Shown piece by piece: positions 28,952-38,423 of a stretch of 64,000 bases of DNA (position 1 is the first letter of the stretch; each line of letters starts with the position of its first letter). The notes beneath the pieces were generated by a model. That model had not been told where the DNA came from, did not search any database, and saw only the letters and a list, made by a program, of their open reading frames with translations. The stretch is taken from NCBI GenBank assembly GCA_963842085.1, contig CAWJET010000002.1, positions 192,001-256,000 on the forward strand, given 5' to 3'. The position numbers and the translations under genes are program-made. Source of the stretch: an uncultured delta proteobacterium (GTDB lineage Bacteria; Desulfobacterota; Binatia; Binatales; Binataceae).

Positions 28952-29839
28952 ATGGCCGAGCGCGAACAGATTACCGCACCGACGCAGTCCCCGTCCGACG
29001 ACATCTGGTCGAAGTGCCCGTCGTGCAAGGAGATGGCGTTCCGCAAGGAAGTCGAACGCAATCTGAACGTGTGCCCCAAGTGCGGACATCACTTCCGTCT
29101 CACCGTTGCGCAGCGGCTGTCGATCAGCGTCGATCGCGGCACATGGCGCGAGCTGATGGCCGAGATGGCGATCGGCGATCCGCTCGGCTTCGTCGATTCC
29201 AAGCCCTATCCGAAGCGGATGAAACAGGCGCGGGCGAGCAGCGGCCGCAACGACGCGGTGGTGGTCGGGCTCGGCAAAATCGAGAATCGGCCGGTGGCTA
29301 TCGGCGTGATGGATTTCGAGTTCATGGGCGGCAGCATGGGCGTGGTGGTGGGCGAGAAGCTCGCGCGGCTGTTCGACATCGCGGGCGAGCGCAAGCTGCC
29401 GGTCGTCGTGTTCGTCGCGTCGGGGGGCGCGCGGATGCAGGAAGGCGTGCTTTCACTGATGCAGATGGCGAAAGTGTCCGGCGCGATCGCGCGATTTCGC
29501 GACGCGCGCCTGCCGTACATTTCCGTGCTGTGCGATCCGACCACGGGCGGCGTGGCCGCGTCGTTTGCGATGCTCGGCGATTTGAATATCTCGGAGCCGG
29601 GCGCACTGATAGGCTTTGCCGGCCGTCGGGTCACCGAACAGACCAGCAATCAGCAGCTCCCGGACGATTTTCAGCGCGCCGAGTTCCTGCTCGCGCACGG
29701 GATGCTTGACGCGATCGTCCCGCGCCACCAGATGCGCTTCACGCTGGCGCGAATCCTCGCGATGTTGACGAAGCCGCGCGGCAACCGCGGCGCCGGACCC
29801 GCGGCAGGTAGAGGGAAGGGCAGGCGCGCTCCCCGGTAG
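28952..29839 (+). CDS. accD: Acetyl-CoA carboxylase carboxyltransferase beta subunit
   Basis: Zn finger CPSC..CPKC; GGSMG, SGGARMQEG and PTTGGV motifs. Confidence 0.97.
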   Translation: MAEREQITAPTQSPSDDIWSKCPSCKEMAFRKEVERNLNVCPKCGHHFRLTVAQRLSISVDRGTWRELMAEMAIGDPLGFVDSKPYPKRMKQARASSGRNDAVVVGLGKIENRPVAIGVMDFEFMGGSMGVVVGEKLARLFDIAGERKLPVVVFVASGGARMQEGVLSLMQMAKVSGAIARFRDARLPYISVLCDPTTGGVAASFAMLGDLNISEPGALIGFAGRRVTEQTSNQQLPDDFQRAEFLLAHGMLDAIVPRHQMRFTLARILAMLTKPRGNRGAGPAAGRGKGRRAPR

Positions 29840-29922
29840 TGGCCTGATTTCGGGAACGCGGCCTCTCGCTGACAGGCGCAATAGAAGCTGCAGCGTCGTT
29901 TCAAAGGTTACTGGAGCCGCCC

Positions 29923-29985
29923 GCAGAACCCCTCACTTGCCGGCCGCGTTGCGGCCGACAGCCTCTTCGGTGAAGTAACGGGCGA
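29923..29985. repeat. REP-like extragenic repeat, copy A
   Basis: GCAGAACCC(C)TCAC ... CCTCT..GTGAAGTAACGGGCGA; the 16-mer GTGAAGTAACGGGCGA also occurs at 48898-48913; internal hairpin CGGCCGCGTTGCGGCCG. Confidence 0.6.
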
Positions 29986-30056
29986 AGTAAGATTCGGACG
30001 CGGCGGCTCGCGAAATCTTCCGTGATCGGATGGTTGCCGGTAAACTCCGCCTAGGC

Positions 30057-31367
30057 ATGGACCAGCTGAGCATCACTATCGACTGGCTTTATTCGCTGGA
30101 ATCTCGCGGGGAGATTTACAAACTCGAGCGGATGGAGGCTGCGCTTGAGGTCATTGGCAATCCGCATCGCAGGATTCGGACAGTGCATATCGCGGGCACG
30201 AAGGGTAAGGGTTCGGTCGCCGCTATGCTCGACAGTTGCCTGCGGCAAGCGGGGTGCCGGACCGGGCTTTATACCAAGCCGCATTTGGTAAATCTGGCGG
30301 AGCGGACGCGAATCTCCGGGGCTGAAATTCCGGCGGCGCAGATGCTCGACTATATCGAGCGGCTGCGTGCGATTTACGACCGTGCGGGCCTGGCGCTCAC
30401 GTTTTTCGAGTTCACGGTCGCGATGATGTTTCTGTACTTCGCGGAGGAGAACGTCGATGTCGCGGTGGTCGAGACGGGACTCGGCGGGCGGCTGGATTCG
30501 ACCAACGTCGTGACGCCGATTTTGAGCGTGATCACACCGATCGGTTTCGATCACATGGAATATCTCGGCTACACCATTGCGGCTATTGCGGGTGAGAAGG
30601 GCGGGATAATCAAAAACGATGTTCCCGTCGTGATCGGCGCGCGCGACCCCGAAGCGCGGCTGGCGCTGACCTCTATTGCCGCGCAACGGCGAAGCGCCAT
30701 GCGGTTGATCGATCGAGACTTCTCGTACCAGTCGCACGCGCCCGCGCATCGATTGGACTACCACGGCCTTGGCCTGGAGCTGTGCGATCTCGAGCTTGGA
30801 CTGGCGGGTCCGTTTCAGCATGAGAACGCCGCGATTGCGGTGGCGACGCTCGAGGCGATGCGGGCGCAGGGCTGGCAAATAGACGAAGACGCAATCCGGC
30901 GAGGTTTGCGCGACATCTACTGGCCTGGACGTTTCGATGCCGTATCGAAGCGGCCGCTGGTTATCCTGGATTGCGCGCATAACGAGATGAGCATCGCGGC
31001 GCTGCTGGAGACGATGAGCGTCGAGCTCGGGCCCGGCGTGAAACCGCGCCTGATATTTGGCTGCCAGTCGGCCAAGGAATGGCCGAGGATGGCGGCGATG
31101 CTCGGTCCGCGCGTGCGCGACGTCATGTTGACGCAGGCCAAGCCCAAGAACCCGCTCGAGCCGGCGGAACTGGTGGCGCATTTCGCGGCGCACTGTCCCG
31201 CGCGCGTCGAGCGCGATCCGATGCGCGCGATCGAGCGGGTGCTTTCAGAATTGGGGCCGGATGACGTGGCGCTGGTCACGGGATCCGTGTATCTTATCGG
31301 CGAAGTTTACCCGTATTTTCTGACCCGCGAGGGGCGAATTGGGTTGTTTCCTGAAGCCGGCGCTTAA
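30057..31367 (+). CDS. folC: Folylpolyglutamate synthase/dihydrofolate synthase
   Basis: HIAGTKGKGS, ETGLGGRLDSTN, WPGRF and LDCAHN motifs; follows accD. Confidence 0.96.
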   Translation: MDQLSITIDWLYSLESRGEIYKLERMEAALEVIGNPHRRIRTVHIAGTKGKGSVAAMLDSCLRQAGCRTGLYTKPHLVNLAERTRISGAEIPAAQMLDYIERLRAIYDRAGLALTFFEFTVAMMFLYFAEENVDVAVVETGLGGRLDSTNVVTPILSVITPIGFDHMEYLGYTIAAIAGEKGGIIKNDVPVVIGARDPEARLALTSIAAQRRSAMRLIDRDFSYQSHAPAHRLDYHGLGLELCDLELGLAGPFQHENAAIAVATLEAMRAQGWQIDEDAIRRGLRDIYWPGRFDAVSKRPLVILDCAHNEMSIAALLETMSVELGPGVKPRLIFGCQSAKEWPRMAAMLGPRVRDVMLTQAKPKNPLEPAELVAHFAAHCPARVERDPMRAIERVLSELGPDDVALVTGSVYLIGEVYPYFLTREGRIGLFPEAGA

Positions 31368-33927
31368 AAGAATCGCGATTGCGGCGGTGTGGGCTGCGAT
31401 GCTCTCGCCGGCTATCGCCATCGCGGATACGCCGACTCCTCCGCCCGCGCCCGCGCAAAAGAAAGGGTTTCAAGTTCCCACCCCGGTCCGCGCCGGACAT
31501 GAAGAGCCGGTCACCGTCACCGGCCAGGAAACCATCTACGACTCGAAGACCGACACGTTCGTGGTAAAGGGCGACGCCGTCATGATCCAGGGCGGAAGCG
31601 TGCTCAAGGCCGACGAGATCGACATCATGCGCCGTGAGCGCAAGGCGCACGCGATCGGCCACGTGCATTTGATCGATCCGGAAGTCGAAATGTGGGCGAC
31701 CGACGCGACGATCGACGTTACCAACGAGACCATGGTGCTTTACAACGCCAAGGTGTTGGCGAAACAGAAGATTTACCATCTTGAAGGCAAGCAGATCATA
31801 AAGCTCGAGGGGCAGAACTACGAGGTCAAGAACGGATTCTTTACGACTTGCGGCTGCGAAAAAGGCACGCCCTCGTGGTCGATAAACGCGGATCATATGG
31901 TCGTGAACATGGGACACACCGGCAACGCGACCAACGCCACCTTTGACGTGGCTGGTATCCCGGTAATGAGGACGCCGTACCTGGTTTTCCCGGCTGATAC
32001 CGATCGGCACAGCGGTCTGCTGAGCGGGCGCGAGGGTGAATCCGGACTGCGCGGCTTTCAGTGGCTTCAGCCGTATTATATCGCGATTAATAAAAGTTCC
32101 GATGCAACGGTGGCACTGGACGTCGAGACCTCGCAGCGAGTGGGCGGGCTGGCCGAGTATCGATTGACCAATGGAAAGGACGATTATTTGTGGGCGGACG
32201 GCGCGTTCTACAACGAGTCGATCCGGTCGAATGCGAATCGCCTGGACGACACGGTGGACAACCAAATCGCCGATCCGCACATCCCGGTCGATCGCTACGG
32301 GATTATCGGGATGACGCGGCAGCATCTCACAAGCGACCTGATCGCATACGCCGAAACGGTTTCCGTCAGCGACAGTCTGTACTTGCGTGAGATGAATACC
32401 TGGACGTTGTCACGCGGTTTTGGCACCAACTTCGGCTCGATGCGAAATGCGCTGTCGGATTTCGGATTGCTGGATCGATTCGAAAACGCGTTCGTGCAGT
32501 TGCAGGGGACGTGGAACCAGGACCTGATTCAGCCGCAAGAATTCGCGTTGCAGCGGCTGCCCGATCTGACCGTGACCGGGCGCCAGGAATTGTTCAACAA
32601 CCTCATGTTTGCGGATTACGACGCGGAGGCGGTCAACTTTTACCGCTACAAAGGGATCGATGGATTGCGGCTGGACGCCAATCCTCGAGTAACGCTGCCG
32701 TGGCGTTTGGGTGACTACCTGCAAGGCTACGGGGAGATCGGTTCGCAGACGGCGTTCTATGACACCTCCGGACACAACATCAAAATCATCCCGGTCGGAA
32801 CCTCACCCTCCGCGCCCAACCCCACTTGCGCCAACAACGGAGGTACTCAGCTCGTTTGGAACAGTTGTGCTGCGCTGAGCCCGTTTACCGCCGAAGGGAC
32901 AACTGCGCGAATCATTCCATACGCAAAAGTCGGAATCTCAACGGTTCTCGATCGCGTTTACGATGTCGAAGGGAAGTCGATCGAGAAGATCAAAAATGTA
33001 ATCCAGCCGTTTGCCGACTATTACTACGTGCCGAACATCTACCAGGGCAACATGCCTTTGTTCGATAGCTTCGACCGTCTGAACTCGCGGAGCATGTTCA
33101 CCTACGGGGTCACGACGCGCTTCTTCACCAAGAGCAGGGAGGAGGCTCCGGAGGAGGAGACAACGACAACCGAAGCGACTCCGACCGAAGGATTATCCGA
33201 TAGTGATTCGACCGTCGGGCCATTCCACGAAGAGGCCCTCGCGCCGGATTCGTTGGTGCCGCACCCCGGAACTATCGTCCGCGACGGCGAGCATTCCCAG
33301 CAAATTGGCTCGTTGACGGTACAGCAGGCCTACGACATCGGGCATCAAGTGGCCAATGGATCGGACATGTCGGACATCGAGGCGTTGATGCACATCTATG
33401 CCACCCAGCTTGCAACCTTCAGCTCGCAGGTTGACTACAGTCCGCGTTCGCATGCCGGGGTCACGTTTGCCAATGCGTCGGTGAGTATTCAGCCGCCGTG
33501 GTCAACCGCGGGTTCGGCTATGTACATGGGCAAGGCGCTGCAAGGTTCGTTCATCCAGGTCGGATACAATTACGCCAATCGTCGCGACACGGTTTTCCCG
33601 TCGACGAACAAGAATGCTGCGGAGTTCATACAGGGGCGAGCGTACACCGAGGTATTCGATCGGTTGGGCCTGTACCTCGCGCCCAGCTACGATATCGCGT
33701 CGAATCAAATGCTGGAGATCGAATATGGTGCGCGGCTGAAATCGCCGTGCGATTGTTGGGCGGCGGACGTCGGAGTCACCGATTCGTACAATCCTAATGA
33801 CGTGCAGATCCAGTTCCAGATAACGCTCGGCGGTCTGGGCTCGTTCGGGCAGAGACCATTCGGGACTAATCCGTTCCAGCGCGCCGGCATGGTCGGCTCG
33901 CCGACCGGAGTTCTGCCGGGTTATTGA
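31339..33927 (+). CDS. lptD: LPS-assembly outer-membrane protein LptD
   Basis: Signal peptide, OstA-like N-domain, FTTC..PSW, RHSGLL, LQPYY.AI, QRLP, C-terminal CDCW beta-barrel end; start uncertain. Confidence 0.88.
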   Translation: MGCFLKPALKRIAIAAVWAAMLSPAIAIADTPTPPPAPAQKKGFQVPTPVRAGHEEPVTVTGQETIYDSKTDTFVVKGDAVMIQGGSVLKADEIDIMRRERKAHAIGHVHLIDPEVEMWATDATIDVTNETMVLYNAKVLAKQKIYHLEGKQIIKLEGQNYEVKNGFFTTCGCEKGTPSWSINADHMVVNMGHTGNATNATFDVAGIPVMRTPYLVFPADTDRHSGLLSGREGESGLRGFQWLQPYYIAINKSSDATVALDVETSQRVGGLAEYRLTNGKDDYLWADGAFYNESIRSNANRLDDTVDNQIADPHIPVDRYGIIGMTRQHLTSDLIAYAETVSVSDSLYLREMNTWTLSRGFGTNFGSMRNALSDFGLLDRFENAFVQLQGTWNQDLIQPQEFALQRLPDLTVTGRQELFNNLMFADYDAEAVNFYRYKGIDGLRLDANPRVTLPWRLGDYLQGYGEIGSQTAFYDTSGHNIKIIPVGTSPSAPNPTCANNGGTQLVWNSCAALSPFTAEGTTARIIPYAKVGISTVLDRVYDVEGKSIEKIKNVIQPFADYYYVPNIYQGNMPLFDSFDRLNSRSMFTYGVTTRFFTKSREEAPEEETTTTEATPTEGLSDSDSTVGPFHEEALAPDSLVPHPGTIVRDGEHSQQIGSLTVQQAYDIGHQVANGSDMSDIEALMHIYATQLATFSSQVDYSPRSHAGVTFANASVSIQPPWSTAGSAMYMGKALQGSFIQVGYNYANRRDTVFPSTNKNAAEFIQGRAYTEVFDRLGLYLAPSYDIASNQMLEIEYGARLKSPCDCWAADVGVTDSYNPNDVQIQFQITLGGLGSFGQRPFGTNPFQRAGMVGSPTGVLPGY

Positions 33928-34069
33928 AGTTTCGAGTGTTTTTGTGCCGACCCGACGGAGAACCGGTCGATTGCGGGGGCGTGAAAATCCCCTTGCACTC
34001 AAAAACCGAGCTCGAAGTTTGCTCTTGCAAACCGCCTGGTGCCGCGGCTAGCCCCAGTCAGGATTCAAC

Positions 34070-35308
34070 ATAGAAATTCCGGCTCAGCAGCGGCTTCGGA
34101 TTATCAAGGCTGGCGCGGCGATCCTCGCGCTCGTCGCGACGCTCTCGCTAGCCCAGCACCTGCGCTCGGCCTCGCATCGATACGACCAGTTCGATTTCAC
34201 GGTCTTCTACGGCTGGTGGACCGATTATTCGAGCGGCGGCGACCCGTGGATGGACCAGCGTGGATTGATGCGCGGTTGCAACTATACGCCGGCCTTCGTC
34301 GAGATATTTTCGCCGCTCGCCCGGCTCGACCAGAAAACCGCGTTTTGGATTTGGCAGGCCGCGCAACTGCTATGCCTGGTCACCGCCGTGCTACTGCTGG
34401 CGCGTGGGAACGCTTCGCCGCTCGGCGCCGCGGCGACGGTTATCGTGCTTTCACTGGTGCTGCTATCGCGCCCGTTCATGGGCGCGCTGGTATGGAGCCA
34501 GGTCGCGCCGATGCTGTTGGCGCTGCTGTCCGCAGCATGGTTCTGCGCGCGGCGGGAGCGCCCGGTTACCGCTGGACTGTGGCTGGCGCTAGCGGCCTTG
34601 CTGAAGCTTTTTCCCGCTGCGGCTGCCGGATATTTTTTGTTTGACCGCCGTTGGCGTGCACTTGGCTGGACGATCGGCTTTTTTGCCGCCGGCGTACTGC
34701 TGACGAATCCCGCCCATTGGATCGAGCTGGTGACGCGGGGACTTCCCATCTCATATCACGTCAAGGGGGGGCATGCCGGGCTTACCGTACTTGCTTTTGT
34801 GCGAGAGAGCGTAGCGCGCTTCGCTGGTATCAAGATCGCTGCGGAGCCGCTCTTCGCCGTCTGGGGTTTCACCACGCTCATCGACCTCACGCTGCTCGCA
34901 ATCGCCGCTGCGGCCACGATAACAGGCCGCGGACGCGCCGATCTCGACGGTCTCCTGTTCGGGCTGTGGGTCGCGCTGGCGCTTCTGATGTCGCCGCTTG
35001 CGTGGGAACAGGACACCCTGCTGCTGCTGCCCGCGTACTTGTTCGGGCTGTTCGCCGCCCGGGATGGTGTCCAGCCGCGCGAAGCAGACCGGCAGATCGG
35101 GTTGATAGTCGGCGCCACGACGCTCGCGGCCTGCATCGTGACCGCCCTGATCAAGGCAGCGCCCCATCCGGGATTTCTGGTGTCGTTGGCTGCATACCTC
35201 GGCGCCGCGCTAATCGTCCGGGCGAGGACGCGCTCGGAATGGCCGCGCCCTGAAGCTCGGCCGCTCGCGAACGTTGATCCTAGAAATACAACAACGCGAT
35301 ATCCATAA
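34070..35308 (+). CDS. GT87/DUF2029 GT-C membrane glycosyltransferase (5' extended; probable non-canonical ATA start)
   Basis: NYTPAF, SQV, LKLFP and SPLAW motifs. The frame is open upstream of ATG 34250 through a TM helix and a DFTVFY motif, back to ATA 34070 behind AGGA. Confidence 0.75.
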   Translation: MEIPAQQRLRIIKAGAAILALVATLSLAQHLRSASHRYDQFDFTVFYGWWTDYSSGGDPWMDQRGLMRGCNYTPAFVEIFSPLARLDQKTAFWIWQAAQLLCLVTAVLLLARGNASPLGAAATVIVLSLVLLSRPFMGALVWSQVAPMLLALLSAAWFCARRERPVTAGLWLALAALLKLFPAAAAGYFLFDRRWRALGWTIGFFAAGVLLTNPAHWIELVTRGLPISYHVKGGHAGLTVLAFVRESVARFAGIKIAAEPLFAVWGFTTLIDLTLLAIAAAATITGRGRADLDGLLFGLWVALALLMSPLAWEQDTLLLLPAYLFGLFAARDGVQPREADRQIGLIVGATTLAACIVTALIKAAPHPGFLVSLAAYLGAALIVRARTRSEWPRPEARPLANVDPRNTTTRYP

Positions 35309-36191
35309 GAATCCATAGCGCGACCGTGAGCATCAGAGGCCGATCGTGGAGCAGCGCGCTGGCGGGGTCGCCGCCTTCGTTGCGCTCATCGATCAGATAC
35401 AGGTAGCGCAGGATTCCGAATACGACGAACGGCACCGTCAGATAGAGATGCCGGGTGCCGAGCTTGGCTTCGACCTCGGCCGACGCAGTGTAAATCATGT
35501 AGCTGACGAGAGTCGCGCCCGCGACGATCGAGATCATCTGATCGACCAGTCGGACGCTGTAATCCGAGAGCGCACTGCGATGCGCGACGGCGTCGTCGCC
35601 CAGCGCGATCAGTTCATGGCGTCTGCGCGACAGCACCAGGAACAGCGCCAACACGAACGTGATGAAGACCAGCCACGGCGATACCTCGACGTGGATCGCG
35701 ACGCCGCCCGCAAATGCGCGCAGCACGAAGCCAATCGCAACCGCGATCACGTCGACGATCACCTGATGCTTGGCCCACAGCGAATACACAAGCTGAAGCA
35801 CAGCGTACAGCACCGCGATTCCGACAAACGCCCGGCCCAAAGCGATGCTCAACACCACCGCAATCGCGCCGAGCGCGAGCGCCTCTCTGCTTGCCTGGGC
35901 CACAGTGAGATCGCCGCGCGCCAGCGGGCGGTCGCACTTTTCGGGATTCAGCCGGTCCGCGTCGCGGTCGGCGATGTCATTCAGCACGTAGCCGGCGCTC
36001 GAAAGCGCGCAGAACGCGACGAATGCGACGCCCGCAAGAACGACATCGTGCAAAACAAGCAGGCGTTGACCGAATATCAACGCCGCCAATACCAGCGTGT
36101 TCTTGATCCATTGATGAGGCCGTGCGAGCCGGAGCATCGCGGCCAACTGGCCGTTGCTCTGGCGGTCATTCAACTCGGGCGCGGCATTCAC
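35280..36191 (-). CDS. UbiA-family decaprenyl-phosphate phosphoribosyltransferase-like protein
   Basis: RPHQWIKN, YVLNDIADRDADR..P.K..RPLA, RRRHE, GILRYL and GGDP motifs. Confidence 0.9.
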   Translation of the reverse strand: MNAAPELNDRQSNGQLAAMLRLARPHQWIKNTLVLAALIFGQRLLVLHDVVLAGVAFVAFCALSSAGYVLNDIADRDADRLNPEKCDRPLARGDLTVAQASREALALGAIAVVLSIALGRAFVGIAVLYAVLQLVYSLWAKHQVIVDVIAVAIGFVLRAFAGGVAIHVEVSPWLVFITFVLALFLVLSRRRHELIALGDDAVAHRSALSDYSVRLVDQMISIVAGATLVSYMIYTASAEVEAKLGTRHLYLTVPFVVFGILRYLYLIDERNEGGDPASALLHDRPLMLTVALWILMDIALLYF

Positions 36192-36281
36192 TGCAGTTCT
36201 TTGTATAGGTCAGCGCTTTGCCGTCGCAAGACGGCGGCGACGCTTGACCGCGAGCCGTGTTTGCGAAAACAGTACGGCTCG

Positions 36282-37343
36282 ATGAGCACTTTGACCCAGG
36301 AAAAGACCGGGCCATCCGCCACGGTGGATCTCACCGGCCTGGCGCGGTTCCTCGATGAGCAAAAGCTTGGCGACACCAGCGCACTCAGGTCGGAAAATAT
36401 CTCGTTCGGACACTCCAACGAGGTTCACCTGATTCATTTCGACGGCCATTCATGGGCGCTGCGACGACCTCCGCGCGGACCGCTGCTCCCGACCGCACAC
36501 GACGTGATACGCGAATATCGCGTGCTCAAGGCTCTCCAGGACTCGGCCGTGCCGGTGCCGCGCGTGTACGCCGCGTGCGAAGACCCGTCGTACATCGGCG
36601 CGCCGTTTTACCTGATGGAGTATATGCGGGGCGAGGTCGTGCGAGCCGACAACAAGCACTTCGCTCAAACGCCCGAGTTGCGCCGCCAGGTCAGCGAGCA
36701 GATGGTGGACGTACTCGTTGCGCTGCAGGAAGTCGATTGGCGCGCGGCCAGTCTCGAGGGGTTCGGACGCCCTGACGGCTACCTCGAGCGTCAACTCAAA
36801 CGATGGACCGATCAGCTCGAGCGCACGATTCCGCACACCCGTCCGCTCCCTGTGATGGAGAACGTCAAGGACTGGCTGCGCGCCCGGATCCCCGCGTCGC
36901 CGCCGCCGACGATTGTCCACGGCGATTACAAGCTCGACAACGTGATGTTCGACCCCAAAAGCGCCCGCGCAATTGCCGTGCTCGATTGGGAAATGTCCAC
37001 GATTGGCGACCCGCTCGCGGATTTCGGCTGGATGCTCACCTATTGGCCCGACCCAACTGACCGCGCGTCGGGCGGCGTGATTGCCAGCATGAACGCCGCT
37101 GATGGATGGCTGACGCGGCGCGAGATGATCGATCGATACGAGCGTCGCACCGGGCGCGCGATGCGCGATTTTCCCTTCTACCAGGCGTTCGCGCTGTTCA
37201 AGCTCGCGATTATAATGGAGGGCAGCTATGCCCGATTCGTCCGCGGCCAGGCGGACGATCCTCTCTTCGCCGGCATGAAGGAGCGGGTTCCCGCGCTTGC
37301 CGACGCTGCCTGGGCGGTCTGCCGCTCCGCGCCCAGTCGCTAG
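36282..37343 (+). CDS. Phosphotransferase family protein (ACAD10/11 N-terminal-like kinase)
   Basis: GHSN, LRRPP..TAHDV.RE, HGDYKLDN and LDWEMSTIGDPLAD motifs; real start ~36282. Confidence 0.9.
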   Translation: MSTLTQEKTGPSATVDLTGLARFLDEQKLGDTSALRSENISFGHSNEVHLIHFDGHSWALRRPPRGPLLPTAHDVIREYRVLKALQDSAVPVPRVYAACEDPSYIGAPFYLMEYMRGEVVRADNKHFAQTPELRRQVSEQMVDVLVALQEVDWRAASLEGFGRPDGYLERQLKRWTDQLERTIPHTRPLPVMENVKDWLRARIPASPPPTIVHGDYKLDNVMFDPKSARAIAVLDWEMSTIGDPLADFGWMLTYWPDPTDRASGGVIASMNAADGWLTRREMIDRYERRTGRAMRDFPFYQAFALFKLAIIMEGSYARFVRGQADDPLFAGMKERVPALADAAWAVCRSAPSR

Positions 37344-38191
37344 CGAGCGGCGCGGAAGATCGATCGCAACCAACCACGCGCTTCGGGATACTGGTCAGCG
37401 TCGAGTACGAACTCCTGGCCGCGACCGACGGACTGCAGGCGCATCGAGGTCTTGCAGTTAGTCCAGCGCCCCGGGTTGCCGTGATACGAGAGGGGAGAGC
37501 GGCCGGCTGGATCGAACCATCGCGGCAGCCGCCACTTCGAACATCCCATGTACGGATCGGTCTGCGAGAGGATCAGTGCGGGTCTGAGCCGGTCGAAGGT
37601 TCCGGCGCCGCTCGCGTCCATGCCAATCGACGAGAGCCGGTCGCACGCGAAATAGAGGGTGTTGTTTGTGTATCGATCGGGCGCGACGAGATGCGGATGT
37701 CGGTCGGCCCATGGGATTTCAGCGGCGAGGCCATTGGTCGCTTGGGCTACTCTGCCGACCTGGAGCCATCCGAAGATAACGTGAAGTTTTGGCGCGCCGC
37801 GGACGAAACGGAACTCGCCTCCAACCTGCTCGGCGCACCGAAAGCATCCGAAGAACAGGAACAGATCGCCGCGGCCTATCCGGTGGCGGGCGAGATGACT
37901 CTGCGCGGCACCAGCCTGCCCGAAAATCGGACGCCATCCCGCGGCGCGCGCAATCGCATCGCAGCGCAAATCCGGATCGAGATGCGCGCCGTCGCCTTGG
38001 CCGACGCGGCCGCCCGTCAGGTCTTTGACAAACTGAGCGATTGACGAACCGTTGAACGGAGAGATTTCCGCGTAGGTGGTCGGCGCGCCTGAATCCGGAA
38101 TGGGAAGTGAGTACAGGCGGTCATCCAGGATTGGACTCGGGCATCCGCCGTGCGCCGAGTCGAATCCCTTGCGGCTGAGGATGAGCTTCAT
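37340..38191 (-). CDS. Nmad3-like (nucleotide-modification-associated domain 3) protein
   Basis: Signature N-terminus MKLILSRKGFDS..GG.PSPI..L.SLPIP, plus HLDPDL, GDLFLFFG, HVIFGWLQV, HPH and RGQEFV. Confidence 0.75.
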   Translation of the reverse strand: MKLILSRKGFDSAHGGCPSPILDDRLYSLPIPDSGAPTTYAEISPFNGSSIAQFVKDLTGGRVGQGDGAHLDPDLRCDAIARAAGWRPIFGQAGAAQSHLARHRIGRGDLFLFFGCFRCAEQVGGEFRFVRGAPKLHVIFGWLQVGRVAQATNGLAAEIPWADRHPHLVAPDRYTNNTLYFACDRLSSIGMDASGAGTFDRLRPALILSQTDPYMGCSKWRLPRWFDPAGRSPLSYHGNPGRWTNCKTSMRLQSVGRGQEFVLDADQYPEARGWLRSIFRAAR

Positions 38192-38210
38192 CGACTTATG
38201 TTCTTTGCGC

Positions 38211-38239
38211 TCCGGGTCATTCTGACAGAATGACCCGGA
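38211..38239. repeat. Perfect 29-bp palindrome upstream of the Nmad3-like gene
   Basis: TCCGGGTCATTCTG-A-CAGAATGACCCGGA. Confidence 0.9.
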
Positions 38240-38423
38240 AGGCTTCGCCTCGAGTCACCATGCCATATTTCTGCGCGAACTCACGACAAGGGAAATTCCG
38301 CTTGCCGCCGGCTTCTTCCCGCTCGACCGTTTGCCGGAGCCGATGCATGGGCTCGAGCCCGGGAGTTCCACTTCGACGGCCGCGTGACGGCGTACTTCGA
38401 TCCGTTGTGAAGGTCCGGGGTGG

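Noticed and set aside
35346-36281. N-terminal extension making a 665-aa fusion kinase
   Set aside because: It is the antisense of the UbiA gene; kinase homology starts at ~36282. The same applies to the extensions of 13979..15286, 24100..25548 and 28442..29839, which overlap upstream genes out of frame.
38217-38348. 43-aa - strand ORF (MHRLRQTVEREEAGG...) upstream of the Nmad3-like gene
   Set aside because: No SD and no recognisable motif, and it ends inside the palindrome; cannot be supported as a gene.
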